A DNA stretch of 57,342 nt, counting the filler, from Stramenopiles sp. TOSAG23-2 (Eukaryota): NCBI GenBank assembly GCA_900128395.1. It is 3 parts of 3 records of this genome, joined end to end, with 100 filler letters (N's around TTAATTAATTAA, not from the genome) between each part and the next. Parts side by side here need not be neighbours in the genome. Positions count along the whole stretch, not along the records: positions 19,162 to 38,221 come from LT649592.1; 2 more parts are not named here. The stretch is one strand, 5' to 3'. Shown here in pieces: positions 22,854 through 33,355 of this stretch. Under the pieces are notes generated by a model. It saw only the letters and a program-made list of their open reading frames with translations, had not been told where the DNA came from and made no database searches. The translations under genes and the position numbers were made by a program. Position 1 is the first letter of the stretch, and each line of letters starts with the position of its first letter.

Positions 22854-23273
22854 TTTTATTTTCTTTCAGTTTGTCTGTGTTTCGTTTATTGTTATTCGTA
22901 GTGTTCTATATTATATATATATATAATTACTACATCTGTTGTTATATATCATCAGGTATTTCTTCTTGCTACTTCCTCCGGTGTTGCATCTGTACCTTCC
23001 ATTTTTATTTTCTTTCAGTTTGTCTGTGTTTCGTTTATTGTTATTCGTAGTGTTCTATATTATATATATAATTACTACATCTGTTGTTATATATCATCAG
23101 GTATTTCTTCTTCTATACGTATACATGTGTACAACTGAAGAATTGTGTGTGGAAAATACACCAACGGTCAAGGTAAGTAATGCTATTAACCTGGTAATTA
23201 GTGCTAAAATAATATACAAAAAAATATATAATATAATAAATAAATATAATTTCAATAAATAATAATTAATTAT

Positions 23274-23821
23274 TGTTGATCAGGAAAAGTTCAACCAGAA
23301 GAAGTATTGGAAATGACATCAAGTCCTTTAGTAGATATAAAGGCAAACCTGAAAGAAGAAGAATAGCAATTAATGTTGATCAGGAAAAGTTCAACCAGAA
23401 GAAGTATTGGAAATGACATCAAGTCCTTTAGTAGATATAAAGGCAAACCTGAAAGAAGAAGAATAGCAATTAATGTTGATCAGGAAAAGTTCAACCAGAA
23501 GAAGTTTTGGAAATGACATCGAGTCCTGTAGTAAATATAAAGGCAAACATGAAAGAAGAAGAAGAGCAATTAATGTTGATCAGGAAAAGTTCAACAGAAG
23601 AAGTATTGGAAATGTCATCAAGTCCTTTGGCCTCTATATTACATGTTATCCCAACACTTTGGCAGCTGTTAACGATTCCATCCATATTACAAATAAGATG
23701 TTGATCAGGAAAAGTTCAACAGAAGAAGTATTGGAAATGTCATCAAGTCCTTTGGCCTCTATATTACATGTTATCCCAACACTTTGGCAGCTGTTAACGA
23801 TTCCATCCATATTACAAATAA
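23274..23821 (+). repeat. Tandem repeat array (100-bp units plus a 125-bp duplicate) overlapping 5' end of downstream gene
   Basis: TGTTGATCAGGAAAAGTTCAAC recurs at ~23274, 23374, 23474, 23574 and 23699. Units 1 and 2 are identical and unit 3 is diverged. Confidence 0.9.
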
Positions 23822-25674
23822 GTTTATCGTGCAGAGATATGAAAAATACGGTAGATATGATATTACTATCCTATGATCGCTGGAAACACAATTCATTGGT
23901 ATTAAACGTTAGAACTCGCAAAGATCTAGCAGATATATGCAACACATACCAATTTGGTGGATATTGTATTCCATTTAAAGTGAATGATTCACCAAATTTA
24001 TTGAAAATCAATTATTCCAGTGGTATGTTTGAAAAGTCTGTATTCGAAATGAAAAATCAATGCAAATGGACAGGTTTTGAAGATACCTTTCTTATGCGCT
24101 TTCACGACGTGAAATTTGGTGAAGAAAAAATGGATCCACCAGAATCTATTGCTAACCGTTTCCGAAAATTCTCAAATCCTTTGCTTGATCCAGACTTTTT
24201 GCTAAATGAAATAACTCTGGGAAGTATTGGTATGCTTTTACCTGGCAATACTACATATACTGCATACTGGGCTCAATTGCCAGTTTTCAGCGATACGGAG
24301 GGGCGGCAAGTTTTTGAAAATTCAATTCAACAAATGTCTAATCTTAATGATCCTAATCCAGACTATCGTTGTATGCCAGTAACCCACCAACGGCTAGGAT
24401 TTTTGTATATCCCTGGTGCTATTTTTCCAGATCCAGTTACAAGGAATAAAGTTGTTGAGTGGGCTAATGATAAATACAAAAGTGAATTATGGCATATCCC
24501 ATGGAAACGACGACCAAAAAGTGTTAGCAATGTTTGGCGTGAGGACGATATGAAAGCAACATATGGCAATATAGGAGTGACGTATACCCACTTCCATTTG
24601 AGAAGTGAGAGAAAAATGAGAGGATCCCACTATGTGGGTGAGCGTCATGACATAAACAACCCAGACATTTTGCCCAAATTTTGCAGAGAATCAATGCATT
24701 GGCCTAAATTGTATCCAATTGTTTCAACACAGCCTATGGATAAAATTAACGAGGAAACAGTTTTGATGTACATGGAATTATTACAAAAGGCTAGCAATGA
24801 ATGTTGTCGACCAACAGTTGTTCTTTTGAAAATGAAAGCAGCTGCACATTTTGACATTGTGTATTTTATTCTTGATGGGCATCATAAATTAATAGCTATG
24901 CAACGGCTTGTTGAAAACCAAAAGAAACAATTATCTACTTCAAGCACTTTAATAAATAATCAACGGCTTAATTTTTTGATTATTGGACGTTCACAGGCAT
25001 GGGACGGAAATTTAGATGATGGATCTGCCGTTAATATTGAAATACCCAATTATGGAAACCATCATTTTTACAATGACCATAATGGTGGTTTAATAGAACA
25101 TTTTTCAAATTGTCAAATAGAAAAAGTTGATGGCTGTTTGAACTTACCCAGTTTTGCAGTTAAGAAAGCATTACGATATAAAAAAGCGATGCAAGTGCTT
25201 CATAATGATTTTCAAGTGGCAAGTATTGTTGGAGGTCTTATAGATAAAGTCACAAGAAATGAACAGATACGACTTGCAGAGTTAAGAAAAGATAAATATA
25301 AAATTATACGGAAAATTATGTCTTTGCGAGATGAATTAGGTGCTTTTGTACCTAGCTTGCCTGCAATAAATTGGAAAAATAATCCAATACTAAATGCTGG
25401 CGAAGAACATTTTACAAGACGAGAAAAAAAGAACAAATGGTTTGAAGCTAATAATCCAAGATGGTATGATTTCACAATAAATGAGTTACAAAATATGCTT
25501 GATATGTTGATAGATATGTGTAAAGCAAATGATTCTTTAGAAGGATTGCCTTTACAGCTGAGCAAGTTGGGAATTGTAGATTCTTCTGATTCAAAACCAC
25601 CGGAATCTGATGAAGAGCCGTTAGATCTATGTTTAGTCAAATCATTATTTGATGGTAATAATGATGATTATTAA
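23698..25674 (+). CDS. Hypothetical protein with F-box-like N-terminus and ParB/Srx-like DGHH motif
   Basis: ILHVIPTLWQLLTIPSILQISLSCRDMK (F-box-like) and RPTVVLL...VYFILDGHHKLIAMQRL. The start is uncertain because of upstream repeats (ORF track start 23473). Confidence 0.7.
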   Translation: MLIRKSSTEEVLEMSSSPLASILHVIPTLWQLLTIPSILQISLSCRDMKNTVDMILLSYDRWKHNSLVLNVRTRKDLADICNTYQFGGYCIPFKVNDSPNLLKINYSSGMFEKSVFEMKNQCKWTGFEDTFLMRFHDVKFGEEKMDPPESIANRFRKFSNPLLDPDFLLNEITLGSIGMLLPGNTTYTAYWAQLPVFSDTEGRQVFENSIQQMSNLNDPNPDYRCMPVTHQRLGFLYIPGAIFPDPVTRNKVVEWANDKYKSELWHIPWKRRPKSVSNVWREDDMKATYGNIGVTYTHFHLRSERKMRGSHYVGERHDINNPDILPKFCRESMHWPKLYPIVSTQPMDKINEETVLMYMELLQKASNECCRPTVVLLKMKAAAHFDIVYFILDGHHKLIAMQRLVENQKKQLSTSSTLINNQRLNFLIIGRSQAWDGNLDDGSAVNIEIPNYGNHHFYNDHNGGLIEHFSNCQIEKVDGCLNLPSFAVKKALRYKKAMQVLHNDFQVASIVGGLIDKVTRNEQIRLAELRKDKYKIIRKIMSLRDELGAFVPSLPAINWKNNPILNAGEEHFTRREKKNKWFEANNPRWYDFTINELQNMLDMLIDMCKANDSLEGLPLQLSKLGIVDSSDSKPPESDEEPLDLCLVKSLFDGNNDDY

Positions 25675-26292
25675 TTTTAAAGTACGAGAGTGTGGACACT
25701 CGTGTATTATAAATTTTTTTACGTGGTTTATTATATATATATATATATACGAGGATCGTATATATGTAAAAAAAAATTTATTTAATTTTGTTGTTTTTTT
25801 TGTTTTGTGTTGCTTGTGTGCTGGTTTATCGAAATTAAAATATGCTCACACATTTTCCCCTTAATTCGGGCAGCTCTATTTATATTAGCACAGGCCTTCT
25901 GTTATATTACCTGGTACCAGGTAAATACCAGGTAATGTGTGCTTTCACATCCAGCTCTTTTCTGTCTAACTAACGTCATCGTCAACATCCGTCATCAATA
26001 TAAGTATAAATATGCATATTCCCTGCCCTGAAGTGTATGGGTGTCAATAAAAAGGTGTTGTAGTTGTGGGGATTAGTGAGGAAAAAGACGTGTTAAGGTT
26101 AGGAGAGAAAAATTATTTAGTAGTATTGAGTAGAATATATTATAGTATCAAGTAGGTATTTTCCTCTAGTTAGTAATATTGTTATTTTGTTGCAACAAAG
26201 TGCACACTTCAAAGGGTGTAGGAAGATTATAGCGAAGTGGTTCCTATTCCTTAGAGTATGGATTGGTACAACGTCAAATGTCACGCGGAGAG

Positions 26293-26409
26293 GCCGTACA
26301 CACCAGGGGTTATTTTTCCGTTTTTACGCCGTACACACCAGGGGCTATTCTTCCGTTTTTACGCCGTACACACCAGGGGTTATTCTTCGTTTTTTACGCC
26401 GTACACACC
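26293..26409 (+). repeat. 35-bp minisatellite, ~3.3 copies
   Basis: GCCGTACACACCAGGGG(T/C)TATT(T/C)TTC(C)GTTTTTAC units start at 26293, 26328, 26363 and 26398. Confidence 0.92.
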
Positions 26410-27134
26410 TTGTCCAAAGTATCACTTCAAGTGGTGGTACTGCCGAAGTATTTTTTGGTGATGGGAGTAAGTTACTTCTTATATTCCCCTAAACTTTTAA
26501 AAAAAGATATCCTCTCTAACACATCACTCATTCATACGCCACGCTACCCTCCACAGCTGACCCAAACTTCTTGCATGAAACAGTTACGCACATTGAAGAA
26601 AATGTTGGTCCAATCCATTGTGCAGTGTACAATATTGGTGCACAAATCGGAAATCGCACCATAGCTAAAACTTCTTACCGTATATTTGGCTTAGCATTAA
26701 ATATGGGAGTTACTGGTGCTTTTGCTGTTGCGAAAGAATGTTCACCATATATGATTAAACGTGGTAGTGGTACAATTATTTTGACTTCATCAACTGCTGC
26801 GTACCGTGGGAATCGAGGGCAACATGCACATACTGCTGCCATGGGTGCACGTAAAAATTTATCTCAAAGTTTAAATCATGAACTTGGACCTCAAGGTATT
26901 CATGTTGTTCATGTATGTTTAGATGGTCCAGTGGCAAGCCCTGAAACAATTGGTTTATTAATGCCAAAGATGTATGAGAAAATGATGGAAAGTAAGAAAC
27001 CAAATGATGAAATGATACTTCCAGAAAATGTTGCGGATACATATTGGTACTTATACTCACAACCACGATCTAATTGGACATTGGATCTCGATATTCGCCC
27101 ATGGAAAGAAAACCCCTGGATGAACAGTGCATAA
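26409..27134 (+). CDS. Short-chain dehydrogenase/reductase (bacterial-type), two exons (26409-26466, 26557-27134), 5' part disrupted or missing
   Basis: A GTAAGT...CTCTAAC...CACAG intron at 26467-26556 joins LVQSITSSGGTAEVFFGDG-T-DPNFLHETV in frame. Also YNIGAQIG, GTIILTSSTAAYRG and LNHELGPQGIHVVHV. No intact GxxxGxG found upstream. Confidence 0.8.
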
Positions 27135-27423
27135 AAATGTTTATTACACATGGTGTGTGAGAGATATCATACTTACTTATAAAATAAAAATAAATATGGT
27201 GTGTGTGTGTGCGGCAATAATAATGGAGTGTTATGATACACGAGAGAGAAGTTTGTGTGTACCGACGAAAAATTTACGCCTTGTATGCATTATATAAAAT
27301 TGATGTGCGTGTAAAATACTGAAAATATTTTATTTAATAAAAATATAAAAATCTCTCGTTTTTTTCTAAACACTATACGAATGTGTTTTTTAAATCTCTA
27401 GCATACTCTTACACCCCCTCCTT

Positions 27424-30400
27424 TTAGACGATCATACTATGACATAATGGACAAGTTGCTAAACCTCGCAATTCTTTTTCAAGTGCTTTATGACGGCAAA
27501 CTTTGCATGTCCATGGTATAGACTGTACATTTCCTAATGATTGCCCAATAGGTTTCCCAGATGCGATACAAGGTGGAAATTTTGTTCCACAATTTTCACA
27601 TGAAGTATGAAATTTAGCAATTTCATGTTTACAATTTGGACATGGTAACATACGAAGTTTGCTTGGATTTTTTGGTTGGCAAATGGAAAAAATGGAAAGT
27701 GCCATATCACTATATCGATCGCGTTCTTTTTGCGTTATACCTTTTTGGGTTTCAAGTTTCGTAAATGCTTTTGAACATTCAAAAAAATGTTTATTATAAA
27801 ACGTAGTGAGTGCTATTAAACTATAAATGGTTACGGTATCCAAAATATCTTCATATTCCGCTAAACGTAATGCTGTCATCATCGCGCCATCTACATTGCC
27901 ATCGTATAATTGCCGGTGTGCTAATAAGTAAAAATGGATTGCTTCTGCACCTTTCCATGGCGCATCCAACACTTTGCTAGATCCAACTGCTGTATCTAAT
28001 GTCATCAATGTATCCAATGTTGCAGCAGTAGTTTCAGCAGCAGTGGCACCTGTCATTGTCATCGTGCTCATATTTAATGTCTCATTTTTAAAACGTTCCA
28101 ATTCCAAGCCAGCCAATACGAATAATTTCTTAGCCTGTATATAATTCCCTTTGTTTTTCACTGATTCCTCAGCAAGTGTACAAAGCAATTTCGCCGCATC
28201 AGAACTTTTATTTGCTTTTCGATACAATTCAATTGCTTTTAACCTATTGCCTTGCTCAAGCATACTTGCAGCATATTTAGCAAGTAAGCTTTCAATTTGT
28301 GGAAAGTCATGTTCACGTGCTAATTTTACCGCATCTTTCCATTGGTTCAACATCACACAACAATCAACAGCAGCTTTCACGTCTCCACATTTTAAATATG
28401 CTTCCACTGCCTCGTCACACATGCCAACGCTTTGGAATTTCTCACCAATACTACGTAACATTTGAGATGCTTCTGGCAAAGCTCTCGACACTTTTGCTAA
28501 TCCTTTAAAATCTTCTGTGCGATATAAACATTCAGCTAACATTTCTAAATTATCACTTTTTTTATAATTTATCGCTGCTTTCGACCATAATTGCCGAGTA
28601 GCATAATATTCCCCAATGTTATCATATGCTTCCTTTAACAATGCATCAGATCCATCCATTTTGGACAATAGATTGACAACTTTGAACCAATCTCCCAAAC
28701 GTTGCCTTAAATCAACTGCTAACATTGGCCTATCAATATCTTTATAAAGTTGAACCGCTTCTTCAAAATTTTGAAAATATGCCATTACCTCTGCACGTTG
28801 TTTATTTTTATCTTTCAAATCGCGCAAACGTTTTACAAATTGTATACCTTGATAATCTTTGCAATTGACGAATGATTTTTCTGCTAATGTAAACTTCAAT
28901 GCTTTCAATGCAGCTCCAGATAACAATTTCCATAATCGCGGATGTCCATTTTCCTCAATTTCTTGCAATGCATCATCTAAACCAACATTTAATAAATCTC
29001 GCACATGCCTTAATGTTTTCGTTTCATAATCAATCATCATATCTTTCTCCGGTTTATCCGGACTGGCCATAACTTCGTCTAACATGACAGCACGTATGGT
29101 CAAATCTTTAAAAGTGCATAAATACCCTGAACTTAACACAGGCTCTTCTGGGTCTAAACCATTGAAAATGTACATCCGTGTCTTTTCCATCATTGCAAAT
29201 AATTTTGGATTATCTTCAGACCATACCATATCCCATGAATCTTTTCGTTCAAAATCAAGTGTCTTTCCTGTACGTGACATGGTCATTCCAGGGCTGTTCA
29301 TGCCATTTGGATCATTTGCTTCACGGGTATTTATTGCTTCGCAATCAAAAAATGTTAAAATACCAGTCATATCAATGATGGATAAACGTGTACTATCGCA
29401 ATTGATACCGATAATATGTGGTACGCATCGGACCATGTATTGGCTTTCAAGCGATATGTGTGGCAACGTATAACGATGCAACGTACCAGAGGCGCGGCCA
29501 ACAATTAAATACTTTTGATTTGCAGTTATGCAATAAATTTCATCACTTGTTGGCCGAGCACGAATCGCATCGTAATCTGATACTTTTTGTCCTATACGAT
29601 CATCATTATTATATCCACTTTCATCGATGTGAAAGATTCGTTCACGTCCTTCCTTTCTCCTTAAACCAGCGCCTGTGTCTAACGATGTCAATTTAGATAC
29701 CGGCGTGCGATATTGCCATACATACACTGATTCTTTGCTTGCAACGATTACGTGATATTTCGTCATTGTTGTATACGTCGGTTCTAAATCAATATATTTA
29801 GAATCAACTGGGCTACCGATGGAATTGCATAGAATTAAAATAAATTTTCCACTGCCATCATCACTTTTTGTTACCAAGACACAATTATCACCAGCAGCTT
29901 TGATACGAATTAGATTCTTCACATATTTCGTATATTTCTCACCGTTGTTTGTATCCCAAAAAACAACACAATGTTCTTTACGTTCTGCTTTACTATATGC
30001 ATATGCTAACGTATTTCCAAAATATCCCCATTTATAATCTGGACGAATATTTGCAAAATAAATAAAATGATCCACGGCTAATGCAATACGTAAACCACCA
30101 TTTTCCCAACTCAATGCATTGATCCCTTTCCCTGGAACTTTCAATGATCGTAAATGTTCACCAGTTGGGGAATAAAATTGAACTACACTTAATTGCCTCG
30201 TATCTCCATTTTTCAATTGTTGTTGTTTCGCACCACTACAAGCAAGAACGGTACCATTACAGTTCCATTTGATATGTCGTAGCTCCATACCACAATCAAT
30301 TAATACTGGCCTATCATCATATTCACCGCGTGTGATTTGCAGACGACCATCATCAAACCCAATTGCTAATACAGGGGCATCCGTAGATACATATCCTTGT

Positions 30401-31044
30401 GTCCCATCATACCAATGCACGCCAATAATATTCGCTGGGCCACCATTTTCTAACGCATACAAAGGTAAGCTTGCTAACCTATTACCAAGATTATCATATG
30501 TATGTACTTTATTTTCTGGTGTTATGAATAATATATGACGGCCATCTGGGGACCATTGAACAAATTGTAAATCGTGTTTCAATTCTTTCCCCCATAATCG
30601 GTTACCATCTACGGAACCGACAATAACAGCACCATCCTTGTAAACGATACAAATTTTTTGCCCATCTGCCGTCCATGACATATCTTTTACAACAGATCTA
30701 TTTCTGTTATTAATCATTTCCTCAAACCACATACCTTTATGTAACATCCAAACGATAATTAAACCGTTCTCATCACTGGTTGTTAATTTACGATAACTGG
30801 AATTCCATGTGGAGCAGACAACTGCTCCGTTATGTCCTTCAAGTGTTTGGTTCATAGACAAATTACTAGGTGCTGCTACACCTTTTGCTTTTGAATCTTT
30901 CCCTGCTTGTGATTCCAGTTTCAATACTTTCAACATACCTTTTTCACCACCACATGCTATCCATCCTTGATCCATATTCCATGATAACGAATGTAATTTC
31001 GCATTGTTTGGTATTGCTATTTTTTTCGATAAATATATGAACAT
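27424..31044 (-). CDS. WDR35: Intraflagellar transport complex A protein IFT121/WDR35
   Basis: Conserved start MFIYLSKKIAIPN (ATG 31044), NLSMNQTLEGH, RKLTTSD, IYFANIRPDYKW, TPR-like helical half and C-terminal zinc-finger CxxC motifs. Confidence 0.97.
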   Translation of the reverse strand: MFIYLSKKIAIPNNAKLHSLSWNMDQGWIACGGEKGMLKVLKLESQAGKDSKAKGVAAPSNLSMNQTLEGHNGAVVCSTWNSSYRKLTTSDENGLIIVWMLHKGMWFEEMINNRNRSVVKDMSWTADGQKICIVYKDGAVIVGSVDGNRLWGKELKHDLQFVQWSPDGRHILFITPENKVHTYDNLGNRLASLPLYALENGGPANIIGVHWYDGTQGYVSTDAPVLAIGFDDGRLQITRGEYDDRPVLIDCGMELRHIKWNCNGTVLACSGAKQQQLKNGDTRQLSVVQFYSPTGEHLRSLKVPGKGINALSWENGGLRIALAVDHFIYFANIRPDYKWGYFGNTLAYAYSKAERKEHCVVFWDTNNGEKYTKYVKNLIRIKAAGDNCVLVTKSDDGSGKFILILCNSIGSPVDSKYIDLEPTYTTMTKYHVIVASKESVYVWQYRTPVSKLTSLDTGAGLRRKEGRERIFHIDESGYNNDDRIGQKVSDYDAIRARPTSDEIYCITANQKYLIVGRASGTLHRYTLPHISLESQYMVRCVPHIIGINCDSTRLSIIDMTGILTFFDCEAINTREANDPNGMNSPGMTMSRTGKTLDFERKDSWDMVWSEDNPKLFAMMEKTRMYIFNGLDPEEPVLSSGYLCTFKDLTIRAVMLDEVMASPDKPEKDMMIDYETKTLRHVRDLLNVGLDDALQEIEENGHPRLWKLLSGAALKALKFTLAEKSFVNCKDYQGIQFVKRLRDLKDKNKQRAEVMAYFQNFEEAVQLYKDIDRPMLAVDLRQRLGDWFKVVNLLSKMDGSDALLKEAYDNIGEYYATRQLWSKAAINYKKSDNLEMLAECLYRTEDFKGLAKVSRALPEASQMLRSIGEKFQSVGMCDEAVEAYLKCGDVKAAVDCCVMLNQWKDAVKLAREHDFPQIESLLAKYAASMLEQGNRLKAIELYRKANKSSDAAKLLCTLAEESVKNKGNYIQAKKLFVLAGLELERFKNETLNMSTMTMTGATAAETTAATLDTLMTLDTAVGSSKVLDAPWKGAEAIHFYLLAHRQLYDGNVDGAMMTALRLAEYEDILDTVTIYSLIALTTFYNKHFFECSKAFTKLETQKGITQKERDRYSDMALSIFSICQPKNPSKLRMLPCPNCKHEIAKFHTSCENCGTKFPPCIASGKPIGQSLGNVQSIPWTCKVCRHKALEKELRGLATCPLCHSMIV

Positions 31045-31733
31045 CTTGTCTTTCAAGAAAATAAATATTATTTATACTTCTCTCCCTTTTATATCTGTCT
31101 GTGATAATATTTTCGATATGTATATATCTATATATATATTGTATATATCTATATGTAGTTACAAAGTATTTGTTTTGAATATGTTATAATTAATGTGCCT
31201 CTCCTCTGTTATCAATTTATTTGAAAATCTGATTATTAATTCAAGGCCTATTGCAGTGCTACATGTTTTTAACGATCGCACGGATTGATCAACAACAAAA
31301 CAACAAATCTCAAGATAAAATGAATTTTGAAATCTCTGATTATTAATTCAAGGCCTATTGCAGTGCTACATGTTTTTAACGATCGCACGGATTGATCAAC
31401 AACAAAACAACAAATCTCAAGATAAAATGAATTTTGAAATCACATCGAGATTTTATAGGTATTTGATAGGATTTATAATCAGTATACTATAATATGTACT
31501 TAAATGATATAACACCTGCTGTGTTCATGTATAATAGAGCTACCACCGGTATATAACCTTAAAAGAGTCTGAGAAATAATATAAGGCCAAAATTACCAAA
31601 AAAAATACACGAAAAAAACGTTAAAATATAGAGATAGATGTATAAATATAGATGTATATTGTACAGACAGAGAATGAGATATATATATAAATACAAGATA
31701 ATTATATATATATATATATATGGAAAAAATAAG

Positions 31734-32655
31734 ATGAGCAATAATATTGGCATTAATTCAACAAATGTTGTGATGGATTCGTCCTCTTCGAAATCATCGA
31801 CCATGAATAATGTGAAAAAAATGACGAAAAAAGAAATACGTAAACATCATTAATTCAACAAATGTTGTGATGGATTCGTCCTCTTCGAAATCATCGACCA
31901 TGAATAATGTGAAAAAAATGACGAAAAAAGAAATACGTAAACATTTATTACAACAAAGTATGAATTCAAAAGAAAATAAACGTTATTTGAAACATATATC
32001 ACAAGAATTTAAAATTCCAGAAATTGCAAAAAGAAATACGACACAAAGTTTTTATAATGTACACGAGACGTCAGCATTGGATTTCGATGCATTGCCAAAA
32101 AAAGGTAAAACTAGGATGACAAAACGAAAATTAAGAAGAGCAAAAAAAGTAAAAGCAAAACATAAACAGCAAGAAGATGAATATATACAAATGATGAAAA
32201 ATATGGAAAAACAACAACAAGAGGCAAATATTATACATGCAGTTCGTGAAGTTATAGTGCCTGATATGACAAGCTTTGAAAAATATGAAATATTAGCCAT
32301 GAGTTTAATGGCGACATACATAAGTGGGAAAGAGATGAGATTAGGTTATTGGATGAAAAAAGTTGCATTCTGTTTTTGGGCAATATTATTATTTGTAGCC
32401 AGTCGTGTTAGTCATGGTTCAGATAATTATTGGCCTATACATGGTAGTTCATTGAAATATGAAAAGGTTTATAATTTTATGGTATCTTTTATATGGTTAA
32501 TGATTGTATATTTACGTTTTCCAATTGATAATTTTGTTATTAAAACTAGTATTGGTGTTTTTGTATTTTGTCTTTCGTATATATTACATGTAAGAGGTAC
32601 ATTGAAAGGAATTATACCAGAATTAGTACAAAGAAGATTGAAAATTACTCAATAA
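31734..32655 (+). CDS. Hypothetical membrane protein (~3 C-terminal TM helices), frame broken by a 97-bp exact duplication
   Basis: Removing one copy of 31751-31847/31848-31944 restores a 274-aa ORF from ATG 31734. Confidence 0.7.
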
Positions 32656-32985
32656 TATAATAATATCATATGTATATTTCAAGTGTTTTTGTATTTTGTC
32701 TTTCGTATATATTACATGTAAGAGGTACATTGAAAGGAATTATACCAGAATTAGTACAAAGAAGATTGAAAATTACTCAATAATATAATAATATCATATG
32801 TATATTTCAAAAGTTTTGGGTTTTGGGTATATTCGTATATAATTTAATTTACGCATAATTTATTTTTAATTTACTCATGATAATTCCTACTCTTCAAAAG
32901 AATAAAATAACTGAAATAATCTATCTCACACAAGTGTGTTGATATTCTCATAATCGAAAATACCAATGAAGGTAAATAGATAGTA

Positions 32986-33231
32986 TCAACTACTCATAAT
33001 AGCTGATGGAAAACGGACATCATATGAAGGCGGAGAATAAATTGTACCAGGGTACAAATCATTATACGACTCACCAAATGCACATTTTAAAGCAAAACGA
33101 TTATTATAGGCGCAAGTTTTAATAATCGCGGTTTGTATATCTCTACACGTAGTAGAAATCCAATTGGAAGCTGCGAGCTCCTTTACTTCGGCTTTGTTCG
33201 AGATTTTTGCAAATTTTGTTTTAGCGATTGT
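32986..33231 (-). pseudogene. ATG-less 81-aa gene fragment belonging to a dispersed family
   Basis: Open frame TIAKTKFAKISNKAEVKELAASNWISTTCRDIQTAIIKTCAYNNRF...SS*. An inverted homologous piece lies at 19892-19980. Confidence 0.5.
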
Positions 33232-33355
33232 TATATATATTTAATACGAAGTCGTATATAGAGGACACTCTAATAATCATAAAAGTTCACTCTATCGTAT
33301 TTGATACTTTTAATCGCGGCCCTGTATAGCATTCAAACATTTTTTATTTTATTTT

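Noticed and set aside
23274-23821. 100-bp periodic repeats as CRISPR-like
   Set aside because: The whole unit is repeated, with no variable spacers.
26293-26409. 35-bp repeats as a CRISPR array
   Set aside because: Units are directly adjacent with no unique spacers, there are no cas genes, and the context is eukaryotic.
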